Source: an uncultured Gemmatimonadaceae bacterium (GTDB lineage Bacteria; Gemmatimonadota; Gemmatimonadetes; Gemmatimonadales; Gemmatimonadaceae). Taken from it: a stretch of DNA of 64,000 nt. Positions 20,901-30,302 of this stretch are shown here, piece by piece (within the stretch, counting starts at the first letter, position 1; each line of letters opens with the position of its first letter). The DNA lies in the NCBI GenBank assembly GCA_963761305.1, contig CAVXGK010000001.1:1216001-1280000 (forward strand), in the 5' to 3' direction. The notes below the pieces were generated by a model. The model saw only the letters and a program-made list of their open reading frames with translations, was not told where the DNA came from and did no database searches. A program made the translations under genes and the position numbers.

Positions 20901-21102
20901 ACTCGACCCGATCAGCGTGCCGGCGATCCGCGAGCGACTGGGCCAGCTCTACGAAGCGGCCGGCAATACGCAGAAAGCAATCGAGAACTACCAGGCGTTC
21001 ATCGACCTCTGGAAGAACGCCGATCCGGGTCTGCAACCGCGAGTCGCCGACGCCCGCAAACGGTTGGCGCGACTCACACCGGTGGAGAAGCCTCGACAGT
21101 AG
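17929..21102 (+). CDS. Membrane-anchored Ser/Thr protein kinase with extracytoplasmic TPR region
   Basis: HRDIKPDN, DFG, YMAPE; three hydrophobic segments at about aa 300-425; TPR repeats; WKNADP C-terminus. Confidence 0.92.
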   Translation: MSSLLAQLQKTLGDAYHLERELGGGGMSRVFVAKERRLDRAVVVKVLSPDLAQGLSAERFEREIKTVAGLQQANIVPVLTAGDTDGLPFYTMPFVEGESLRARLARGPLAVAEVVDLMKDVSKALAYAHQRGVVHRDIKPDNVLLSGGTAVVTDFGIAKAISAARTGAGGATLTQVGTSIGTPAYMAPEQAAGDANIDHRADIYALGAMSYELLTGQLVFPDRTAQRMLAAHMSETPRAIAELRGDVPAPLADLVMRCLAKDPANRPQSAGDVVRVLETMSSASGAAMPPVLLGGPGMFGKALAIYAGAFIVVAIVAKAAIVGIGLPEWVFPGSLIVMGFGLPVVLWTGYVQRVTRRALTATPTYTPGGTPSTTHGTIATIALKAGPGMSWYRTARGGIYALGAFVAAIAVFMGLRAFGIGPFGSLLASGQLSKSDRILLTDFRTTNVDSTLGRVVSDAVRAGLAGSSAFTLVQPAEIVATLRLMQREPTTTRLDSAVAREVAQRKSIKAIVDGDVTGVPGGYIVSIRLVRADSGIELASFRETGDGPKGLIDAADKLARELRGRAGESLRSVNATRPLNEVTTTSLDALRKYSESTRLNALGDRRSIAVAREAVAIDSTFASAWSGLAASLSNYGGTRSAIDSAISQAFRYGGRLPVSERAAVTARYYQLGPGRDRDKAIAAYEAILQRGETTSATMINLGEALRDKREYARAEALNWAAAKRAPGDATPLGNAVELEVDQGKFKEAEETLAQLKKVSPPYGANHQLLLWFALGDFRALHERADSLLRASEESRERSGVPVSQTLALLEGRWHDYAAFNTERVAKRWGIRPDFAVEQVMLEAELRGPSPAAGARLDSAIAKVPFRDLPMVDRPYLNAAYALARVGRAEKARAMVARFNAEVTDTSLRRVRESDLHGVLGEIALADGKPQDAIGEFHRSDVAYDGAPADECAACVWLLLGRAYDAARKPDSAIMSFERYLATPFWSKAQSELDPISVPAIRERLGQLYEAAGNTQKAIENYQAFIDLWKNADPGLQPRVADARKRLARLTPVEKPRQ

Positions 21103-21115
21103 AGCCGGTATCGCT

Positions 21116-22084
21116 CTAGGGTCGGCCCGCTAGCCAATGCAGCACGTTGAGCACGAACTGGGGATTCTGTGCGGCTTCGGGCGCATTCATTCCCATCGGC
21201 GTGTGCTGAGGTCCTTTGCGCTGGGCGGAGAACATCGCCGCTTCACCGAACACGGCGACTCGCCCGCGGCCGAACGTCACCGTGCCACCCTGCAGCCAAC
21301 CCTCGCCCGAGATGCGCGGCGTGGTGTCCGAGAACTGCCACGCGACGATCGGCAGCTCGAGCCGCGTGCCTTTCGGCAGCGTCATGAGCGCTCGGCCGTT
21401 CGCCACGGTGAGTCGAAACGCCGAGCCGGTGAACGACACGATCGAGTCGATGCGTTCGCCGATGGATTTGCCGGCGGTGATCGGATGCTCGGCGAGACTC
21501 GTGTCGCGGCGGCGGAACGTGATCGGATAGTCGCCCGTGCGAGGGTCGGCGTCGCCGAGCAGCGCGTAGCCATTGGCGAATTGAATGCCGAACGGCGCGG
21601 CGAGTGATGCCACCGCTCCGGCGAACGGCATGTGGTCGGCGATCAAGAGCAGCGCACCGCCCTGCCGCACCCACTCGACCAAGGTCGAGATCTCGCTCGC
21701 GTCGAACGCGCTGTACGCCGGCAATCGCCATTGCGCCGCGCTCTCGTTCCGCGCATTGAGCGCGTTGGCGACGACGAGGACATCAGTGCCGCGCAGCGAG
21801 GCCGGTGTGATCGCCTCGCGGCCGGGGCGAACGGTGAAGCCGTCGGCCTCGAGCAAGGACGCGAATGGATGATAGCGCCCGTCCGCCGTATGAAAATTGT
21901 GATGGGCTTCGTCGACGGTCACCACCGGCCCGGCGCCCGGTCGATACGTCGCCGATCGGAGCGACGGCTTGAACGTGTTGTCGACGACCTGTCCACCGCC
22001 GCTGGTCAGCACCGGCGGATTCTGTGCCCGCGCGACCCCGGCGCTCGCGACGGTCGCGACGGTCGCGAGCACCTTGATTCGCAC
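21116..22084 (-). CDS. Secreted class I GATase-like / DUF4350-type protein
   Basis: Signal peptide; DEAHHNFH, WVRQGGALLLIADH, GRGRVAVFGE and N..FVLNVLHWL motifs. Confidence 0.7.
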   Translation of the reverse strand: MRIKVLATVATVASAGVARAQNPPVLTSGGGQVVDNTFKPSLRSATYRPGAGPVVTVDEAHHNFHTADGRYHPFASLLEADGFTVRPGREAITPASLRGTDVLVVANALNARNESAAQWRLPAYSAFDASEISTLVEWVRQGGALLLIADHMPFAGAVASLAAPFGIQFANGYALLGDADPRTGDYPITFRRRDTSLAEHPITAGKSIGERIDSIVSFTGSAFRLTVANGRALMTLPKGTRLELPIVAWQFSDTTPRISGEGWLQGGTVTFGRGRVAVFGEAAMFSAQRKGPQHTPMGMNAPEAAQNPQFVLNVLHWLAGRP

Positions 22085-22096
22085 GAGCGGCCCTCG

Positions 22097-23536
22097 CTAG
22101 TGAATGGGCGCGCGCTGACCGCGGCCGGGGAACACATGGTCGCGAATTGCGCCGTCCATCACGACCGGCACGCCGTTCACCAGCACGTACTTGAATCCGA
22201 CTGACGTCAACGCCGGCTGCTGATACGTCGCGCGGTCGGCCACGGTGTTCGGATCGAAGACCGTGATGTCCGCGTCGGCACCGACCTTGATGCGCCCCTT
22301 GTTCCTGAAGACGGGCGCGAGCGTCTCCAGCCGCTGCGCCGGCATCAGAGTCATCTTACGGATCGCCTCGATGAGCGTGAGCTGCTTCGTCTCGCGAACG
22401 TAGTGCGCGAGCACGCGCGCCTCCGTACCGGCAACTCGCGGATGTCCCTTGCCGTCTTCCAGCAGGCCGTCGCTCGCGATGGCGGTGAGCGGACTGGTGA
22501 TCGCCATCGCCTCCATCTCCGGCGTGTTGAGAAAGAGAATCACCATGCCCCCCTGCTTCCGGGCGGCGTCGAACGTCGCACGCGTCAGCCGCGCGCCGGT
22601 CGCCACCAGCATGATCCGCTGCATCACGCTGTCCGGCGCGCCCACGTACTGGTCGAGTAACGCCGAGCCGATCTCGGTCATGCCGGCGATGTACGGATAC
22701 GCTTCGGTCGTGACGTCGATGCCGTGATCGCGGGCGTCCTTCACCATCGCGAGCGTCTTGGGCGTCGACTCGAGACTCATGCTGTTGAGATGGACGATGT
22801 GCACCGGCGCACCGGTGATCGCGCTCGCGCCGATCACTTCGAGGAAGGACTCGACGGAACTCCCCGGCTCGCGCGTGCCGAACGAGCGGACGTGCACGAA
22901 CACCGGCGCTTTGTACTTGGCCGCCGCGCGGAACATCTCGAGCACCTCGTAGCGCGTCGCCGCTGGCGTGTACTGCAATCCCATGCCGACGCCGAGCGCG
23001 CCGGCTGCCAGGCCGGCATCGACGCGCTGTTTCATCTCGGCGATCTGGGCGTCGGTCGCAACCGCGTGAGCGCCGGGGCCGGTGGGGAGAAGTCCGGTCG
23101 ACGGATCCTTCATCACAACCAGTCGACCGCGAATGTGGCTGGACGACGCGCCGTAGTTGATCAGCGCCTTCCCCTCTCTACTTCTATAGAATGTCGGGAC
23201 GTCTTCCGTCCCCACCTCCAGCTCGAGCGCGGTCGTCACGCCGTCGAGCGCGAACACGCGGTAGTTCTCGTCGTTCTGGCCGTGCGCGTGGAGGTCGATG
23301 AACCCGGGCGCGACGACGAGCCCCTTCGCGTCGATGGTTGTCTTGCCGCTGATCGGCGTCGCCGAGATCGCTTCGATCTTCCCATTCCGCACGCCGACGA
23401 ATCGCGTTGCGTCGAGATGGGATTCGGGATCGATCACGCGACCGTTGGCGATCACGATGTCGTACGTTGCCTGTTGCGCGGACGCGATCGCCGGCAGCAC
23501 GGAAAGAGCGGCGAGCATCGTCACGAGTTTGCGCAT
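22097..23536 (-). CDS. N-acyl-D-amino-acid deacylase-like amidohydrolase
   Basis: Signal peptide; VAPGFIDLHAH, IASDG, HPR and KGRIKVGADADITVFDP. Confidence 0.88.
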   Translation of the reverse strand: MRKLVTMLAALSVLPAIASAQQATYDIVIANGRVIDPESHLDATRFVGVRNGKIEAISATPISGKTTIDAKGLVVAPGFIDLHAHGQNDENYRVFALDGVTTALELEVGTEDVPTFYRSREGKALINYGASSSHIRGRLVVMKDPSTGLLPTGPGAHAVATDAQIAEMKQRVDAGLAAGALGVGMGLQYTPAATRYEVLEMFRAAAKYKAPVFVHVRSFGTREPGSSVESFLEVIGASAITGAPVHIVHLNSMSLESTPKTLAMVKDARDHGIDVTTEAYPYIAGMTEIGSALLDQYVGAPDSVMQRIMLVATGARLTRATFDAARKQGGMVILFLNTPEMEAMAITSPLTAIASDGLLEDGKGHPRVAGTEARVLAHYVRETKQLTLIEAIRKMTLMPAQRLETLAPVFRNKGRIKVGADADITVFDPNTVADRATYQQPALTSVGFKYVLVNGVPVVMDGAIRDHVFPGRGQRAPIH

Positions 23537-23699
23537 CGCGATCTCCGAGGAGTGGGGCCAGGGCGCAAAGGTAGTGCTCAAACAGCGCTCCGCCATGCCA
23601 TGCATCGAGCACCGCGGCCGGTCGCTTGCCAAGAATGGCGGGGGCGATACCTTCGACCGTCCGTTGCGGTTTTCGCGACCCACTCCCTCCCCATTCGTC

Positions 23700-24947
23700 A
23701 TGACATCCCGAGGCATCCGAGCGCTGGTCCTCGCCCTCGCGCCGATCGTCTCCGGAGCGCGGGCGAACGCGCAAGGCGCACCCCGCGAGCGCTGGATCGC
23801 GACGTGGGCTGCGAGTATGCTCGCCGCCCCGCGGCGCCCGCCGCCCGACTCGGTGGATCGCACTCCGACGCTGGTCAATCGTACGCTCAGAGAGATCGTC
23901 CACGTGGGCGTCGGCGGAGCTCGCGTGCGGATTCGGTTGTCGAATCAGTACGGCGACCGTCCGCTCGTCATCGGAAGCGTGCACATCGCCCTTCGCACGT
24001 CGGGCGCGAACGTCGATCCGTCCACCGACCGGCCCGTGACGTTCAACGGACGCTCTTCTATCGTCATCCGCGCGGGCGCCAATCTGGTGAGCGACGGCGT
24101 GTCGCTCGCGATGCCGAACCACGCCGACGTGGCAATCTCTCTGTTCATCACCGACTCGGCCCGTCTCGCCACGACGCACGCATTGGGCATGCAGACGAAT
24201 TACGTCTCGGCGCCCGGCGACTTCGCGGCGGCGGCGAGCTTTGCATCGGACACCACGCTCCGATTCTGGCCCTTCCTGGCCGGCGTCGACGTCGTCAACC
24301 CCGCGGTCACGGGTGTGATCGTCGCGTTCGGCAACTCGATCACGGACGGTTACGGCTCCACTCCGGACTCGAACGCCCGGTGGCCCGACGTGCTCGCGCG
24401 CCGGCTGCTCGCATCCAAGGAACCCGTCAAGGCGATCGTCAACGCGGGCATCTCGGGCAATCGCGTCCTGTCGCCCGGCGCCGGACCGAGCGCACTGGAG
24501 CGCTTCGATCGCGACGTCCTCATGCAGCCCGGCATCACGCACGTGATCGTGCTCGAGGGCATCAACGACATCAACGGCGGCACCAACGCGGCGAATCCGA
24601 GCAACGAGATCAGCGCCGAAGAGCTCATCGGCGGCCACAAGCAGCTGATCGACCGCGCACACGAGCGCGGGATCGTGATCTTCGGGGCGACGCTCACGCC
24701 GGAGGGCGGGATGCGCGGCGCCAACGCGGCGCGCGACGCCAAGCGCATCGCGCTGAACACGTGGATTCGCACGAGCGGCGCGTACGACGGCGTGATCGAC
24801 TTCGACAAGCTGACTCGCGATCCCACCGACACGACGCGCTTCTTGCCGGCGTACGATTCGGGCGACCACCTGCACCCGGGCGATGCGGGCTACAAAGCGA
24901 TGGGCGACGCGATCGACCTCGCCCTCTTTCGAAAGAAGCCACGATAG
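23700..24947 (+). CDS. Secreted SGNH/GDSL hydrolase
   Basis: FGNSITDG, NAGISGN, GIND and DHLHP blocks. Confidence 0.9.
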   Translation: MTSRGIRALVLALAPIVSGARANAQGAPRERWIATWAASMLAAPRRPPPDSVDRTPTLVNRTLREIVHVGVGGARVRIRLSNQYGDRPLVIGSVHIALRTSGANVDPSTDRPVTFNGRSSIVIRAGANLVSDGVSLAMPNHADVAISLFITDSARLATTHALGMQTNYVSAPGDFAAAASFASDTTLRFWPFLAGVDVVNPAVTGVIVAFGNSITDGYGSTPDSNARWPDVLARRLLASKEPVKAIVNAGISGNRVLSPGAGPSALERFDRDVLMQPGITHVIVLEGINDINGGTNAANPSNEISAEELIGGHKQLIDRAHERGIVIFGATLTPEGGMRGANAARDAKRIALNTWIRTSGAYDGVIDFDKLTRDPTDTTRFLPAYDSGDHLHPGDAGYKAMGDAIDLALFRKKPR

Positions 24948-24973
24948 CGCACTGACTCGACGACGGCACACAC

Positions 24974-25909
24974 ATGCGAATCATCTCCTTCGCCACGAAA
25001 GAGTCCGAATGGAAATCCCCGCGCATGGGGATCGTCCTCAATGCCAGCGGGCAGGACAGCGGCTACCGACTCGATTGTGAAAAGCTGTTCGCGCCGGCCG
25101 ATCGTCCGTCGAATCCGCTCGCCTGGTTCGACATGGACGAGCGTTGGTTTCAGACCGCGCGCGAGACGGCGGCGCATCTCGAGCGCGACGCGAACGCCTT
25201 CGCCGAGGCACGCGACAAGGGGTGGCTGGTGGCGAGCAGAGACGCGTATTGGTTCGCACCCGTGCCGCGACCGGGCAAGATCGTGTGCATCGGCTTGAAC
25301 TATCGCGACCACGCCGAAGAGAGCGGGCTCGCCGTTCCCACGGTGCCGGTGATCTTCTCCAAGTTCCCGACGTGCGTCATCGCGCCCGGCGAACCGGTCG
25401 TCTTTCCGTCGACGAGTGAGAAGCTCGACTACGAGGCGGAGCTCGCGATCGTCATCGGCCGGCGCGCCAAGCACGTGAGCGCGTCACGCGCCTACGACTA
25501 CGTCCTCGGCTACACCGCGTTCAACGACGTCACGGCGCGCGACTTCCAGTTCGGCGACGGACAGTGGCAGCGCGGCAAGTCGTGCGACACGTTCGCGCCG
25601 ATGGGGCAGACGATCGTGACGACCGACGAGATCCCCGATCCGCACACGCTGCGCATCACGATGTCGGTCAACGGAACCGTGATGCAGGACTCGAACACCG
25701 CTCAGCTGATCTTTCGTGTGCCGCAGCTCATCGAGTTCGTCTCGCAGAGCATCACGCTCGAGCCGGGCGACGTCATTCCAACCGGAACGCCGGCGGGCGT
25801 CGGCTTCGCTCGCAAGCCGCCTTTCTTTCTCAAGCCGGGCGACGTGATGGAAGTGAACATCGAGCGCATCGGAGGGCTCGGCAATCCGGTCGTCGCGGCC
25901 GTGACCTGA
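24974..25909 (+). CDS. Fumarylacetoacetate hydrolase family protein
   Basis: KIVCIGLNY, DYEAEL, NDVTARD, GKSCDTF and TGTPAGVG. Confidence 0.93.
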   Translation: MRIISFATKESEWKSPRMGIVLNASGQDSGYRLDCEKLFAPADRPSNPLAWFDMDERWFQTARETAAHLERDANAFAEARDKGWLVASRDAYWFAPVPRPGKIVCIGLNYRDHAEESGLAVPTVPVIFSKFPTCVIAPGEPVVFPSTSEKLDYEAELAIVIGRRAKHVSASRAYDYVLGYTAFNDVTARDFQFGDGQWQRGKSCDTFAPMGQTIVTTDEIPDPHTLRITMSVNGTVMQDSNTAQLIFRVPQLIEFVSQSITLEPGDVIPTGTPAGVGFARKPPFFLKPGDVMEVNIERIGGLGNPVVAAVT

Positions 25910-26063
25910 CACGGGTCCGCTGGCCTCGGCCGCGCTCGCGCGATACCTTAGCGGCGGACGCTTCCCCCTGCCGACGCGCCAACCGCGCGAGCGCCGACGA
26001 ACCCTAGGACCGACCTATCGCGCGAGCGAGAATGAGGGCGACGCTGCCCCGCGAGCACGACGC

Positions 26064-28484
26064 ATGACCGCCGACCTGCGCGCTCAGCTCCAAACCGCGC
26101 TCGGCGACGCGTACACCATCGAGCGGGAGCTCGGTGGCGGCGGAATGTCGCGCGTCTTTCTCGCCACCGAGACCGGGCTCACTCGCAGCGTCGTCGTCAA
26201 AATCCTCACGCCGGAATTGGCGGCCGAGGTGAGCGCCGAGCGCTTTGCGCGCGAAGTGAAGCTCGCGGCGCGGCTCCAGCAGGCGAACATCGTCCCGCTG
26301 CTGAGCGCGGGCCAGGCGAACGGGCTGCCGTGGTATTCGATGCCGTACGTCCGCGGCGAGTCGCTGCGCGCGAAGCTGTCGTCCGGCCAACCTGTACCGA
26401 TCACCGACGCGCTGCACATCCTGCGCGACGTCGCCCGCGCGCTCGCGTTCGCGCACGGCGAAGGCGTGGCGCATCGCGACATCAAACCCGAGAACATCCT
26501 GCTCTCGGGCGGTGCGGCGGTCGTCACCGACTTCGGCATCGCGAAAGCGCTGACCACATCGCGCACGCAAGAGAGCGCGGGTTCATCGACCATCACTCAG
26601 ATGGGCGCGTCGATCGGCACGCCCGCCTATATGGCGCCGGAGCAGGTGGCGGGCGATCCGAACGTCGACCATCGCGCCGACATCTACGCTTGGGGCGTCG
26701 TGGCGTGGGAGCTGCTCGGCGGCAAGCATCCGTTTGCCGGGAAAGCCGACCTCGCAGGGGATGTTCGCCGCGCATCTGGCCGAAACGCCGGCGGCGCTCA
26801 CGTCGATTCGCCCTGACGTTCCGCCGGCACTCTCCGATTTGGTCGCGCGCTGCCTCGAGAAGGATCCAGCGAAACGGCCACAATCGGCGAACGAATTGCT
26901 GACGTCGCTCGATCAGTTGAATTCGACCAGCGGTGCGCGCGCGGCGGAGCCCGCGCCAAAGCGCTTCTCGATGCGCCCGCTCGTGGTGGGCGCAGCAGCG
27001 ATCGTTGTCGTCGCCGGCGGTTGGTTCGCCGCTCATCGGTCGGCGGCCGTGGCGGGCGGCGCCAGCACCGGCAAGTCGCTCGCCGTGCTCCCCTTCGCAT
27101 CCGTCGGCGGCGACACGGCGAACGAATACTTCGCCGAAGGAATGGCGGACGAGCTCACGACCGAGCTTGCGAAAGTGTCGGGCCTGCGACTCGCAGCCAC
27201 CAGCTCGGCTGCCGCCTACCGCAACAAGACGGCCGACGCGCGCGAGGTCGGCAAGGCGCTCAACGTCGCCACTGTGTTACAAGGAACGGTGCGGCGCCAA
27301 GGCACACGCATGCGGGTGTCGGCACAACTGTCGAACGCCGCCGACGGCCTCGTCCTGTGGAGCCAAAGCTACGAGCGCGAAGTGAAGGACGTGTTCGCGG
27401 TCCAGGACGAGCTGACGCGTGACATAACCAACGCACTTCGGGTGACGCTCGCAGGCGGCGCGTCCGGGACGAGGCCGATCCAGGACACCACTGACATCGA
27501 GACGTACGACCTCTATCTCCGCGGCCTCCACTTTCTCAGGCAGCGCGGCAGCAGCGTGATGGGCTCGATCCCCTTCTTTCGTCAGGCGCTCGCGAGAGAC
27601 TCCACGTACGCGCGTGCGTGGTCGGAGGTGGGCGAGGCGTACTGCGTTCTTCCGCTTTATTCGCCGGTGCCGGCCGACTCGTTGATTCCCCTCGGGCGCG
27701 CGGCGATAGCCAAGGCGCATGCCCTCGATCCGACCGACGCCAACGCGTTCGCCGCCGAGGGGTTTTGCGACATTCTTGCGTCCCAGTTCCGCGAGGCGCG
27801 ATGAAGCCATCGTCGCGCGCGCTGGCGCTCGACTCGAGCAACGTCATCGCCAATCGAGTAGGCCTGGTCGCTACTCGCGGCGTCTGGTCGCGTCGACGAC
27901 GCAGTGGCCGCCGAGCTGCGCGCGATGCGTTTCGATCCGCTGAGCGCAACCACCGCGTGGGTCGCCGCGCAGGTCATGCTCATCGCCAAACGCTACGACG
28001 AGGGCCTCGTTTTCGCGCGCCGGTCCGTGGAGCTTGACTCAGCGGCCGCGTGCCCCGGGGCGATTGATTTACGCGCTCATTCTGCAAGCGTCGGGCAAGA
28101 CGGACGAGGCACGCAAGCTGCTGAGCGGCTTCTCCGCCGGTGCGTCGCCGCAGACACTTCCGTGGATGGGATATCTGCTCGCGGCGACCGGCGACCGCAC
28201 GGGCGCGGCCAATCTTCATTCGCCAACTCGAGACGCAGCGCGGACACAATTCATTCGTGAGTTTGGGAGAAGCGTGGGCATACCTCGGGGAGGGCGATAC
28301 GACACACGCGCTCGACGCGCTCGAGCGTGCTGCGCGGGCACATGAGCCCATCGCGTTTTCCTTACAGTTCAACATGCCGGCATACGACGCCTTGCGGCAC
28401 AGCTCCCGGTTCGCCGCAGTGATCAGAGGTTATGGTTTGGATCCGGCGACGTTCAATGTGGTTTCGGCCGGCAGCTCGAAATGA
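26064..28484 (+). pseudogene. Ser/Thr kinase + TM + TolB-like + TPR protein broken by about 5 frameshifts (pseudogene or assembly error)
   Basis: Kinase in 26064..26816 continues into 26734..27804 (SLAVLPF), then TPR pieces in ORFs 27618, 27904, 28034 and 28140. Confidence 0.75.
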
Positions 28485-28586
28485 ACAACGAGACGCTCAG
28501 CACCCTTACCACGCCGCTCGCCGATGGTCGCGGCGGAACCGCGTATCGGGCTCGGCCGGAGATTCGTTCCGATCTTTAGCGGGCGG

Positions 28587-28613
28587 TGTCGATTCGGCGA
28601 CCCGTCTTCCGTC
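28587..28613 (+). promoter_or_regulatory. Putative ECF42-type promoter
   Basis: TGTCGA-N17-CGTC upstream of a DGPF protein plus a TPR-tailed ECF sigma; matches the TGTCGA / CG(A/T)C motif described for ECF42. Confidence 0.65.
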
Positions 28614-28660
28614 ATTCGGATGTCCCGCCACATCATCCACTCCAACCCGGACATCCGACA

Positions 28661-29038
28661 ATGCGCTACGCTCTGCTCATCCACTACCCACAGCCCCCCG
28701 CCGTCTCACTGAGCGAAGACACGATCAAGCAAGGCATGGCCGCCTTTCAGGCCTACGCCAAGGCGCTCGACGACGCGGGCGTCCTCCTCTCCGCCGAGGT
28801 CCTGCAAACCGTCTCCAACGCCACCAGCGTCTCATTGAAGAACGGCAAGCTCGAGGTGCAGGACGGCCCGTTCGCCGACACGAAGGAAGCGTTCGCCGGC
28901 ATCTTCATGCTCGACGTCCCGGACCTCGACGCGGCACTGGCATGGGCCGAGAAGTGCCCGGCTGCGCACTGGGGCACGGTCGAGATTCGCCCGTCGGCGG
29001 TTCGCTTCGTCAATGGCGCGTGGTCGCGCGCGGCCTGA
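28661..29038 (+). CDS. YciI/DGPF-domain protein
   Basis: MRYALLI...QDGPFADTKE...G...VEIRP. Confidence 0.9.
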   Translation: MRYALLIHYPQPPAVSLSEDTIKQGMAAFQAYAKALDDAGVLLSAEVLQTVSNATSVSLKNGKLEVQDGPFADTKEAFAGIFMLDVPDLDAALAWAEKCPAAHWGTVEIRPSAVRFVNGAWSRAA

Positions 29039-29054
29039 TCGCGGAACTCGCCCG

Positions 29055-30291
29055 ATGACGATCGACCAAGCGAGCGCGCGAGCCGAAGAAGTGGCTCGCG
29101 CCTCGTACGGCCGCCTGCTCGCGATCCTCGCGTCGAAGGACGGCGACATCGAAGCCGCCGAGGATTGTCTCGCCGACGCGTTCGCGCAGGCACTGAGCAC
29201 GTGGCCTAGACGAGGCGTGCCCGACAACCCTGAGGCGTGGATCCTCACCGTCGCGCGCAACCGGCGACACGACGTGCGTCGCTCGGCGGCGTATCAACTC
29301 ACCGATCCGATCGACGACGTCGCGCGCGGCCGTGCGCTGGCCGCGACGATGCAGGAGATCGACCCAGACGAGATCCCCGACCGTCGTCTCGCGCTTCTCT
29401 TCGTGTGCGCGCATCCGGCGATCGATCCCGCCGTGCGCACGCCGCTCATGCTGCAAACGGTGCTCGGCTTCGACGCCGACGACATCGGGCGCGCGTTTTT
29501 GGTTCCGGCGGCGACGATGGCACAGCGCCTCGTACGCGCCAAGCGCCGTATTCGCGACGCGCGCATTCCGTTCGCGATCCCGGAGCGCTCGCAGATGCCC
29601 GAGCGACTCACGCCGGTACTCGAGGCGATCTACGGCGCGTATGCCATCGACTTTTCGCTCGTCGCCGGCGCATCGCCGCGCGAATCGCTCTCCGCGGAAG
29701 CACACTTTCTCGCGACGACGCTCGCTGAGTTGCTGGCGGACGAGCCCGAAGCGCTGGGGCTCGCCGCATTGCTCTCGCTCTCACTCGCGCGGCGCGGCGC
29801 GCGGGACTCGGCTGACGAATTCGTGCCGCTCGACGAGCAGGACGCGTCGCGATGGGACGCCGATCTCATCGCACTCGGCGAGCGGCTACCTGCATCGGGC
29901 CAGCACGCTCGGAACAATCGGCCGGTTTCAACTCGAGGCGGCGATCCAATCGGTGCACTGCGCGCGCGCGAAATCCGGTGTCGTCGACGCGGGCGCGTTG
30001 CTCAAGCTCCACGCCGCGCTGGTCGCCGTCTCTCCGACGCTCGGCGCGCGCATCGCATACGCCGCGGCCGTGGGACGCGTCGACGGCCCGCTAGCCGGGC
30101 TCGCCGCGCTCGACGCGATTGTCGACGAAGCCGCGCATCGCTTTCAACCGGCGTGGGCGACGCGCGCGCACCTGCTCGCGGAAGTCGGCCGCGCGAACGA
30201 GGCGCGAGCGGCGTACGATCGAGCGATCTCGCTCACGACAGCCGCCGCCGCTCGCCGGTACCTCGAGCGGCGGCGGCTGTCACTCGCCTAA
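29055..30291 (+). CDS. ECF sigma factor with C-terminal TPR extension (ECF42-like), frameshifted near 29885
   Basis: GVPDNPEAWILTVARN, LLFVCAHPA, MAQRLVRAK and PLDEQD; continues in the second frame as GRFQLEAAIQSVH...EARAAYDRAI. Confidence 0.85.
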
Positions 30292-30302
30292 GGGCTTGTC
30301 CT

